A DNA stretch of 46,567 bases from an uncultured Bacilli bacterium (GTDB lineage Bacteria > Bacillota_I > Bacilli_A > RF39 > UBA660). Below the pieces are notes generated by a model, which worked only from the letters and a program-made list of their open reading frames with translations, searched no databases and was not told the origin of the DNA. Of the stretch, positions 9,049 through 16,678 are shown piece by piece. The position numbers were made by a program, and so were the translations under genes. The stretch covers positions 1 through 46,567 of the forward strand of contig CALWAJ010000002.1 of NCBI GenBank assembly GCA_944373065.1, written 5' to 3'. Position 1 is the first letter of the stretch. Each line of letters opens with the position of its first letter.

Positions 9049-9762
9049 ATGTTTGATAAAATTTGCTATCTTTTTATAATATTTATATTATATTCTTTTA
9101 TTGGTTACATTCTAGAAATTTCTAATTGTTCATTAAGAGAAAAAAAGTTAATATTAAATAGAGGTTTCTTTTTAGGCCCCTATCTACCTATATATGGTAT
9201 TTCTTGCCTTTTAATGGGAAGTATTATTATCAAATATAAAAATGATTTTTTAACAGTCTTTGTCATGAGTGCTTTTATATGTACAACCGTTGAATATATT
9301 ACAAGTTATATATTAGAAAAAATGTTTAAAGCTAGATGGTGGGATTATAGTGACCATAGATTTAATATTGAAGGAAGAGTTTGCCTTTTTAATGCTTGTT
9401 TATTTGGTTTAGGAGGAGTAGCTTTTACATATCTTGTTAATCCTTTTGTTACTAACATCTTAGATTCATTTTCTCCTTTTATCTTAAGAATAGTCGCTAT
9501 CATCCTTTTTACTATCTTCATTATCGATGTGATTATTACAATAACGACTCTCTGTCAAGTAAAAATATCATCTCTAAAATTTAAAAATAAAGATGTAACT
9601 AGTGAAATAACTAAAATTATAAGAGAAGAAATCAAAAGGAAAAGGGAAATCAAAAATAACTTCTTTGTTAGGCATATGTTAAGAGCATTCCCTAAAATAG
9701 ACTTAAAAGACAACACTTCCCTTGCTAAATTAAAAAAATATGTCTTAAAAAAGAAACACTAA
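9049..9762 (+). CDS. membrane protein, putative ABC-transporter type IV family (PF06541-like)
   Basis: Polytopic protein with the RWWDYSDHRFNIEGRVCL motif typical of that family. The start is ambiguous (GTG 9040, ATG 9043, ATG 9049). 9049 was chosen for its spacing from AGGTGA. Confidence 0.6.
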   Translation: MFDKICYLFIIFILYSFIGYILEISNCSLREKKLILNRGFFLGPYLPIYGISCLLMGSIIIKYKNDFLTVFVMSAFICTTVEYITSYILEKMFKARWWDYSDHRFNIEGRVCLFNACLFGLGGVAFTYLVNPFVTNILDSFSPFILRIVAIILFTIFIIDVIITITTLCQVKISSLKFKNKDVTSEITKIIREEIKRKREIKNNFFVRHMLRAFPKIDLKDNTSLAKLKKYVLKKKH

Positions 9763-9841
9763 TTGTCAAATTGTGTAGAAGTACTATAAAGATAAAAGTT
9801 TAATCAAAAAAACATGCTATAATAAAGAAAAGAGGGATAAA

Positions 9842-11215
9842 ATGAAAATAAAAACAGATATTAATAAAAACATCTTTAGAGCTTATGATATTAGAGGAGT
9901 TGTACCTACTGATATAGATATAGATACAGCATATACAATAGGACTTGCTTTTGGTTCTAAATTGAAAGAATTAAATAAAGATAAATGTGTAATAGGACAT
10001 GATAATAGAATATCTTCTCCTGATTTGCATCAAGCTTTAATGCAAGGAATTATTGAAACAGGTATTAATGTTACTGATATAGGACTTACTACAACTCCTA
10101 TGTATTATTTCGCTTGTATCTATTTAAAAATAGATTCTGGTATTATGATAACAGCAAGTCATAATCCTAAAGATGAAAATGGCTTTAAAATAGCTTTTAC
10201 AAACTATGATAATGCTAAAGGAAAAGAGATAGAAGACTTCTATAACTATATATCCTTAGGAAAATTTAGTGAAGGTAATGGTTCTATCGTTAAGAAAAGT
10301 GTTAAAGAAGAATATTTTAAAGCTTTAACAGATAATCTATCATTTGGTAAAAGAAAAGTAAAAGTTGTTCTTGACCCTGGTAATGGTACAGTTTCTACTA
10401 TTTTAGATGATGTTTTTAAAAGAATTAATGTAGAATATTCTATTATCAACGGCATAAGTGATGGAACTTTTCCTAATCATCACCCAGATCCTTCTATTGA
10501 AAGTAATCTAGAAGAATTAAAAAAAGTAGTTAAAGAAAAAAATGCCGATGTTGGTCTTGCTTTCGATGGTGATGGTGATAGAGTAGGCGTTATATCTAAC
10601 TTGGGTAATTTTATTCCTATTGACTATTATATGATAATAATTATTAGAGATATTATAAATAAAGTAGATAATAAAACATTCCTATACGATGTTAAATGCA
10701 GTAAATCTTTAGAAGATGAAATCATTAAATTAGGAGGGACACCTTACTGTTATAGAACAGGTAATTCCTATACTAAAGCGAAAGTAAAAGAATTAGATTT
10801 AGCCTTTGGAGGAGAATTATCAGGACATGTCTATTTTAGAGATAAATTCTTAGGTTTTGATAGTGGTATTTATGCAGGACTTAGACTACTAGAAATACTT
10901 TCTAATACTACAAAATCAGTAGAAGAGTTGTTAGATGGTATCAATAGATATTTTTCAACTCCAGAAATGAAATATAAATCAGACGATAATATTAAATTTA
11001 AAGTCGTTCAAAAAGTAATAGACTATGCTAAAGAAAAAGGATACAAATATAACGATATCGATGGTATCAGAGTAACATTTGATTATGGTTGGGCAAGTGT
11101 AAGAGCAAGTAATACAGGTCCTAACTTAACAGCAAGATTTGAAGCATCTACTAAAGAAGCTTTAGAAAAGATAAAAAATGAATTCGAAGAAATAATTTTT
11201 AAATATAATAAATAA
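9842..11215 (+). CDS. phosphomannomutase/phosphoglucomutase (alpha-D-phosphohexomutase)
   Basis: Four motifs are present: FRAYDIRG N-terminus, phosphoserine loop TASHNPKDENGFK, metal loop FDGDGDR and sugar loop GELSGH. Confidence 0.85.
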   Translation: MKIKTDINKNIFRAYDIRGVVPTDIDIDTAYTIGLAFGSKLKELNKDKCVIGHDNRISSPDLHQALMQGIIETGINVTDIGLTTTPMYYFACIYLKIDSGIMITASHNPKDENGFKIAFTNYDNAKGKEIEDFYNYISLGKFSEGNGSIVKKSVKEEYFKALTDNLSFGKRKVKVVLDPGNGTVSTILDDVFKRINVEYSIINGISDGTFPNHHPDPSIESNLEELKKVVKEKNADVGLAFDGDGDRVGVISNLGNFIPIDYYMIIIIRDIINKVDNKTFLYDVKCSKSLEDEIIKLGGTPYCYRTGNSYTKAKVKELDLAFGGELSGHVYFRDKFLGFDSGIYAGLRLLEILSNTTKSVEELLDGINRYFSTPEMKYKSDDNIKFKVVQKVIDYAKEKGYKYNDIDGIRVTFDYGWASVRASNTGPNLTARFEASTKEALEKIKNEFEEIIFKYNK

Positions 11216-11250
11216 AATTAACATATATTATACTAGGAAGGATGAAAAAA

Positions 11251-12327
11251 ATGAAAATAGTTATAACAGCAGGAGGAACAGGAGGTCATATTTTTCCAGC
11301 ACTAGCAGTAATAAATAAACTTAAAGAAAAAGAAAAAAATATAGAATTTTTATACATAGGTACTACTGATAGAATGGAAAAAGATATAATTCCTAAAGAA
11401 GGAATACCTTATCTTGGTATTTCTATGATGGGATTAAATAGAAAGAATTTCTTTAAAAACTTTAAAGTTATGAAAGCTTACTACAAAGCCTGTAATAAAG
11501 TAAAATTAGAGTTACTTAAATTTAAACCCGATGTTGTTATAGGTTTTGGTGGTTATATAACTGCCCCTGTTATCTATACAGCTAGTAAATTAAAAATAAA
11601 AACTATCATTCATGAACAAAATAAAGTTCCAGGTGTCTCTAATAAATTTTTATCAAGATATGTTAATAAAGTATTAGTCTCTTTTAAAGAAAGTACAAAT
11701 GATTTTCCTAAAGATAAAACTGTCTATACAGGAAATCCTAGAAGTGAACAAATAAAAGATGTTAAGAAAATACCTAAAGAAGAATTAGGATTCAAAAAAG
11801 ACTTACCTCTTGTTATCATTGTTATGGGGTCTTTAGGCTCTCTTACTATTACTGAAAAATTAAAAGAAATAATACCATGCTTTAAAAATAAAAAATATCA
11901 AATATTATTAATTACAGGTTCTAACTACTATGATTCTTACAAAGACATAAAAACTCCATCTAATGTCAAAATAATACCATTTACTAATGATTTAATAGGT
12001 ATTATGAAAGATGCAACCTTAATGGTAACTAGAAGTGGGGCTAGTACAATCGCCGAGATTACTAGTATCGGCTTACCTTCTATAATGGTACCAAGTCCTT
12101 ATGTTACTAACAATCATCAATATAAAAATGCCAAAGCCTTAGGTAAAGGTGTAGAGATTATAGAAGAAGCTAATTTTAATAAAGATACCTTAATAAAAGC
12201 AATAGATAGTATTATTAATGATAAAGAGAAACTAAAAGAAATGAAAGATAAACTTTTAGAAAATGGGGTTAAAGACAGTGCTAGTAAGATATATGAAGAG
12301 ATAATAAAATTAGTAAAGGATGAGTAG
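11251..12327 (+). CDS. murG: UDP-N-acetylglucosamine--N-acetylmuramyl-(pentapeptide) pyrophosphoryl-undecaprenol GlcNAc transferase
   Basis: GGTGGHIFPALAV motif, GT28 architecture, C-terminal TRSGASTIAEI. Start moved to ATG 11251 because AGGAAGG (11235-11241) abuts the track's ATG 11242. Confidence 0.9.
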   Translation: MKIVITAGGTGGHIFPALAVINKLKEKEKNIEFLYIGTTDRMEKDIIPKEGIPYLGISMMGLNRKNFFKNFKVMKAYYKACNKVKLELLKFKPDVVIGFGGYITAPVIYTASKLKIKTIIHEQNKVPGVSNKFLSRYVNKVLVSFKESTNDFPKDKTVYTGNPRSEQIKDVKKIPKEELGFKKDLPLVIIVMGSLGSLTITEKLKEIIPCFKNKKYQILLITGSNYYDSYKDIKTPSNVKIIPFTNDLIGIMKDATLMVTRSGASTIAEITSIGLPSIMVPSPYVTNNHQYKNAKALGKGVEIIEEANFNKDTLIKAIDSIINDKEKLKEMKDKLLENGVKDSASKIYEEIIKLVKDE

Positions 12328-12328
12328 A

Positions 12329-13237
12329 ATGAAAGAATTTCTAAAAGAAGTAGAAGAATGTGATATAGGTAAAATCACTAAAGATGTTTTCGCTAGTAAA
12401 TTTACTACTTATAAAGTAGGAGGACTAGTTAGAGCGATAATTTATCCTAAAAATACAGATAAATTAGTTTTACTATGTAGGCTTATTAAAAAACATAACA
12501 TTAAATATAAAATATTAGGAAATGGTAGTAATTTATTATTTAGTGATAAAATTTATGAAGGAGTTCTAATTAAACTAGATGAATTTGATAAAATAGAGTT
12601 TTTTGGTAATAAAGTAGTATGTGGTGCAGGAGCATCCTTAATGAAAGTAGCAAGAGAAGCTATCAAAAGAGGTCTAGCAGGCTTAGAATTTGCAGCAGGT
12701 ATCCCTGGTACTATAGGTGGTGCTGTTTATATGAATGCTGGAGCTTATAAAAGTGATATGGGCTATGTTACTAGAACAGTTAAAGTATTAACAGATGATT
12801 TAAAGATTATAACTTTAACTAATGAAGAGATGAACTTTCATTATAGAAGTAGTTTTTTACAAAGTCATCCAAACTACATATGCTTAGAAGCTACATTAAG
12901 ATTAGAAAAAGGAGATAAAAGTGCTTTAGAAGCTGTAGTTAAAGATAGAAAAGAAAGACGTGTTAAATCACAACCTTTAAACTATCCTAGCGCTGGCAGT
13001 GTTTTTAGAAATCCAGAAAATGCTGATCCTGCTGGTAAATTAATAGAAGATATAGGACTTAAAGGTCTAACTAAAGGAGGAGCAGAGGTTAGTAATATTC
13101 ATGCTAATTTTATTATTAATAAAAAAGAAGCTAGTGCACAAGATATTCATGATCTAATTATGTTTGTAAAAGATGCTGTAAAAGAACACTATGGTATTGA
13201 ATTAAGAGTTGAACAAGAATTTGTAAATTGGGAGTAG
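12329..13237 (+). CDS. murB: UDP-N-acetylenolpyruvoylglucosamine reductase
   Basis: FAD-binding GNGSNLL, AGIPGTIGGAVYMNAGAY, and C-terminal PSAGSVFRNP. Start set to ATG 12329, 8 nt after AAAGGA. The track's 12320 overlaps the murG stop. Confidence 0.9.
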   Translation: MKEFLKEVEECDIGKITKDVFASKFTTYKVGGLVRAIIYPKNTDKLVLLCRLIKKHNIKYKILGNGSNLLFSDKIYEGVLIKLDEFDKIEFFGNKVVCGAGASLMKVAREAIKRGLAGLEFAAGIPGTIGGAVYMNAGAYKSDMGYVTRTVKVLTDDLKIITLTNEEMNFHYRSSFLQSHPNYICLEATLRLEKGDKSALEAVVKDRKERRVKSQPLNYPSAGSVFRNPENADPAGKLIEDIGLKGLTKGGAEVSNIHANFIINKKEASAQDIHDLIMFVKDAVKEHYGIELRVEQEFVNWE

Positions 13238-13243
13238 TGATTT

Positions 13244-13927
13244 ATGACTAAAGTAATTAAAAAGAAAAAACTAAGGCTTTTACCTTTTTTTATATTTGTT
13301 ATAGTAATCGCTATAATAGTTTTTCTATTTCTAATTATCGCTGATACCAAAGTAAAAAACATAATTATTACAGGTAACGATATAATTAGTGATGAAGAAA
13401 TATTAGAAGTGACCGGATTAATTAATTATCCAAGCTTTTATAAGACAACTAAAGGTAAAATAGAAAAAGATATCTTAAAGAATCCTTTAGTCAAAAGTGT
13501 TAAAATAGATAGAGAATTCTATCATATCTTTGATATAGAAATAGAAGAATATGAAATATTATATAAAAGAGAAGATAATGGTAAATATGTATTAGAAAAT
13601 AAAGATGAAATTACTTTAGATAATAATATTCCCTATATGATTCCAAGATTAATAAATGAAATACCAGATAATAAGATAAATAGTTTTGTTAAATATTATA
13701 AAAGAATAGATAGAAGTATAAGAGAAAAAATAAGTGAAATTAAATATGATCCTAATGAGTATGATAAAGATAGATTTTTAGTTTATATGGATGATGGTAA
13801 TTGTGTTTTCTTGACTATTACTAAATTTGAAAGATTAAATTATTATAATGATGTCTTACCACAACTAGGAGGTAGAAAAGGTTATTTATACCTTGATTCA
13901 GGAAATCATTTTCAGATTATGCAGTAA
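13244..13927 (+). CDS. divIB: cell division protein DivIB/FtsQ
   Basis: N-terminal transmembrane helix followed by a POTRA-like segment (VKNIIITGNDIISDEEILEVTGL). Canonical position after murG-murB. Confidence 0.7.
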   Translation: MTKVIKKKKLRLLPFFIFVIVIAIIVFLFLIIADTKVKNIIITGNDIISDEEILEVTGLINYPSFYKTTKGKIEKDILKNPLVKSVKIDREFYHIFDIEIEEYEILYKREDNGKYVLENKDEITLDNNIPYMIPRLINEIPDNKINSFVKYYKRIDRSIREKISEIKYDPNEYDKDRFLVYMDDGNCVFLTITKFERLNYYNDVLPQLGGRKGYLYLDSGNHFQIMQ

Positions 13928-13944
13928 GAATAAATTAATATAAC

Positions 13945-13988
13945 AAACTATAATTTAGATATTTGTCTAATTTTATAGTTTTTTTCTT
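13945..13988 (+). terminator. Rho-independent terminator
   Basis: aaactataa...ttatagttt outer stem with inner ttaga/tctaa pairing, followed by a T-run. Confidence 0.7.
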
Positions 13989-14068
13989 TTTAATTTCTGG
14001 CTATACTAATTAATGGATTATTTACTATTATTTATGAATATGCTAAAATAAGAGCCAGGAGGTTACAT

Positions 14069-15271
14069 ATGTTTCGTAAAATTAAAGATTCTGAATTAGA
14101 TGTTAAATCTATTAATAATTTCTTTAGATTATCTAATAATTTAATTAAGTTTGTTTTTATTTTAGTTATAATACTAGTAATATTAGTAGGTACTTACTTA
14201 ATAAAAGAATGGAATATTCTTGGAGTTATTGGAACAATTCTCTCAGTTATATCTCCAGTCTTTATTGGCTTTGTTATCGCTTGGTTATTAGATCCTCTTG
14301 CCACTAAATTATCTACAAAAATGCCTAGAGTTCTTGCCTGTATCTTAACATATTTAATTATATTTGGCTCTATTATCCTGCTTTTAGTTTTTACTGTTCC
14401 AACCTTTTCAAGTGGTGTTTCTGACATAGTATCAGTCGTACCAGAACTTGTTGATAATGCTCAAGATTTTGTCAGTGATACTTTAGAAAACTTAGGAGAT
14501 AGTAAACAAATAGAGGAATATAAAGATACCATTTTAGATAAAATAGAAGAAGTTGGCTCATCTCTTGCTAGCACTCTTCCTAATAGTATTTGGAATTTTG
14601 GTAAAGGTTTAATTAGCGTTTCTACCAATATTATCTTAGGAATTATGATTGGCTTTTATTTATTATTTGATTTTCGTAAATTTCAAGGCCATCTACTTAG
14701 TCTTATGCCAACCTCATGGCACAAAAATGCTAAAGATTTAATGAAAAGAGTAAATGTTAAATTAAGAAGTTATGTTGGAGGAGTATTACTTGTATGTTTC
14801 TTAGTTTTTATAACTCAATCTATTGGCTTTAGTTTAGCAGGACTAAGCGCTCCCTTCCTTTTCGCTTTATTCTGTGCTGTTACCGATATTATTCCTTATA
14901 TTGGACCATGGATTGGTGGGGCTCCAGCCGTAATTGTTGGCTTTACCATAGATCCTATGGTTGGTATTTTCTGTCTAGTATCAGTAGTAGTATGTCAACT
15001 TTTAGAAAATAATTTCTATCAACCTTTAATAATGGGAAAAACAATGAAATTACATCCTGTAACAATTATGCTTGGACTCTTGCTTTTTAACTATTTCTTT
15101 GGTATGATAGGAATGATAGTTGCAACACCTATAATTGCAACAGTTAAGATAATTTTTGAATTTGTTGTAGAAAATACTGATATTAAAGAAAAGTTCGATA
15201 ATTATCAAAAGAATAATCAGAAAACAGTGAGAGAAAAGAGTACAAAAGATAAATCTTATATAGAGAGTTAA
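14069..15271 (+). CDS. AI-2E family transporter (PerM/UPF0118)
   Basis: About 8 transmembrane helices in the family-typical layout, with the conserved DIIPYIGPWIGGAPAV segment. AGGAGG SD. Confidence 0.8.
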   Translation: MFRKIKDSELDVKSINNFFRLSNNLIKFVFILVIILVILVGTYLIKEWNILGVIGTILSVISPVFIGFVIAWLLDPLATKLSTKMPRVLACILTYLIIFGSIILLLVFTVPTFSSGVSDIVSVVPELVDNAQDFVSDTLENLGDSKQIEEYKDTILDKIEEVGSSLASTLPNSIWNFGKGLISVSTNIILGIMIGFYLLFDFRKFQGHLLSLMPTSWHKNAKDLMKRVNVKLRSYVGGVLLVCFLVFITQSIGFSLAGLSAPFLFALFCAVTDIIPYIGPWIGGAPAVIVGFTIDPMVGIFCLVSVVVCQLLENNFYQPLIMGKTMKLHPVTIMLGLLLFNYFFGMIGMIVATPIIATVKIIFEFVVENTDIKEKFDNYQKNNQKTVREKSTKDKSYIES

Positions 15272-15348
15272 TGGTTGGTGTAAATTAACTAAGATTCTTT
15301 TGGAAAGCAAGTTCTTGAGTTTTGTGGGGATACCCTTATAAAAATTAA

Positions 15349-15400
15349 GACCAAAGTAGGATGGTAACGTGTAATTTACACTCCTACAGTGGTCTTTTTT
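15349..15400 (+). terminator. Rho-independent terminator embedded in a larger structured intergenic region
   Basis: gacca..gtagga / tcctac..tggtc stems with an apical gtgt/acac stem, followed by TTTTTT (15395-15400). Confidence 0.7.
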
Positions 15401-15425
15401 ATGTATTTGATGGAGTGTGATATAG

Positions 15426-15974
15426 ATGAAAATATATTTATTAGCAGGAAAAGCTGGAAGTGGTAAAGATTTACTTGGTAGTTATATGAAAACTAAATAT
15501 GATTTTAAAGGAGATAGTGCTTGCATTCTTCATATTACAACCCCTTTATATGAATACGCTAGAAACTATTTCAGTTGGGATGGTAACATGGAAGAGAAGC
15601 CAAGAGAGTTCTTACAAGAAATGGGAATTGAAGTAATAAAAAATACTCTTCATAAAGACACCTTTTTAGTAGATAGATTATGTGAAGATATAGATATATT
15701 AAAACATTACTTTGATGTCTTTATCATAACTGATGGAAGACTTGTTAGTGAATTTAATTTATTAAGAGAAAGATTTCCAGATATTAAAATAATTCATGTA
15801 ATTAGAGAAAACTATAATAATAATCTAACAGAAAAAGAAAAAAATCACATTACTGAAAAAGATATGGAAAACTATGATGATTATGATTATACAATAGAAA
15901 ATACAACTAAAGAACATCTATATAAAGAAGCGGATAAAATAATTGATTTAGAAAGTGGGGTCGAGTATTTATGA
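15426..15974 (+). CDS. P-loop deoxynucleotide monophosphate kinase-like protein
   Basis: Walker A GKAGSGKD at the N-terminus; the small size and layout resemble the dNMP kinase family. Family assignment is by recollection only. Confidence 0.5.
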   Translation: MKIYLLAGKAGSGKDLLGSYMKTKYDFKGDSACILHITTPLYEYARNYFSWDGNMEEKPREFLQEMGIEVIKNTLHKDTFLVDRLCEDIDILKHYFDVFIITDGRLVSEFNLLRERFPDIKIIHVIRENYNNNLTEKEKNHITEKDMENYDDYDYTIENTTKEHLYKEADKIIDLESGVEYL

Positions 15975-16519
15975 AAAAATTAATTGCCATTGTTGGTATG
16001 AGTGGAACGGGTAAAAGCGTTGCCACTACTTACTTAGAAGATCAAGGATATAAAAAAATCTATTTTGGAGGAGTAATTTATGATAAGATGAAAGAAGCAG
16101 GAATTGAAATTACTCCTGATAGTCAAAAAGAATTTAGAGAAAATCTTCGTAAAGAACATGGAATGGGAGTAGTCGCGAAACTTTTACTTCCTAAAATAGA
16201 AAAAGCTTATAGTATGGGAGATACTGTTTTAGATGGATTATATTCCTGGGATGAATATTTAATACTTAAAGATAAATTTAAAGATTTAAAACTTGTTTGT
16301 GTTTGCACAGATAAGAAAATTAGATATAATAGAGTAGAGTCAAGACCAGATAGGCCCTTTAATCACGAAGATATAATTAAAAGAGATGTCGCTGAGATTG
16401 AAAACTCTGCTAAAGGAGGTCCTATTGCCTTTGCCGATTATTATATCTTAAATAATGGAGATTTATGCGACTTTTATAAGAGATTAGAAGAAATCCTTGA
16501 AAGCATTGATAATGACTAA
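15971..16519 (+). CDS. P-loop nucleotide kinase-like protein (dephospho-CoA kinase / UPF0200-like)
   Basis: Walker A GMSGTGKS. The ATGA overlap with the previous gene indicates translational coupling. Confidence 0.5.
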   Translation: MKKLIAIVGMSGTGKSVATTYLEDQGYKKIYFGGVIYDKMKEAGIEITPDSQKEFRENLRKEHGMGVVAKLLLPKIEKAYSMGDTVLDGLYSWDEYLILKDKFKDLKLVCVCTDKKIRYNRVESRPDRPFNHEDIIKRDVAEIENSAKGGPIAFADYYILNNGDLCDFYKRLEEILESIDND

Positions 16520-16520
16520 T

Positions 16521-16546
16521 ATTTTGCCACCGATGGTGGCAAAATT
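16521..16546. terminator. GC-rich hairpin after the kinase pair
   Basis: attttgccacc-gat-ggtggcaaaat is a perfect 11-bp stem with a 3-nt loop, starting 2 nt after the stop codon. It is flanked by A/T runs on both sides. Confidence 0.6.
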
Positions 16547-16565
16547 AAGACATTAGATAGACGTA

Positions 16566-16637
16566 GTTGTGCAACAGCATGTTGCACAACTATAAAATAA
16601 AAAGAGAAATTGATTTGTGCAGACATCATCTGCACAA
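16566..16637 (+). promoter_or_regulatory. Two related palindromes in the alaS leader (TTGTGCA-N9-TGCACAA)
   Basis: 16566-16590 is gttgtgcaac-agcat-gttgcacaac (10-bp arms). 16615-16637 is ttgtgcaga-catca-tctgcacaa (9-bp arms). Both have 5-nt loops and share the TTGTGCA/TGCACAA ends. Confidence 0.6.
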
Positions 16638-16678
16638 TTACCTAAATTAAAAATTAATACAAGAAGGAGAGTAGTAAT

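Noticed and set aside
15272-15425. Assignment to a known riboswitch class (preQ1-I, fluoride/crcB, ZTP or c-di-GMP were considered).
   Set aside because: Short resemblances (AGGAUGG...CUCCUAC; CCCUUAUAAAAAUUAAG) do not reproduce the required helices or pseudoknots of those classes. I kept it only as an unclassified structured region.
16520-16678. T-box riboswitch upstream of alaS.
   Set aside because: The leader is only ~159 nt, and part of that is the upstream gene's terminator. No T-box consensus (such as the conserved GGUGGUACCGCG-type box) or specifier-loop architecture is visible.
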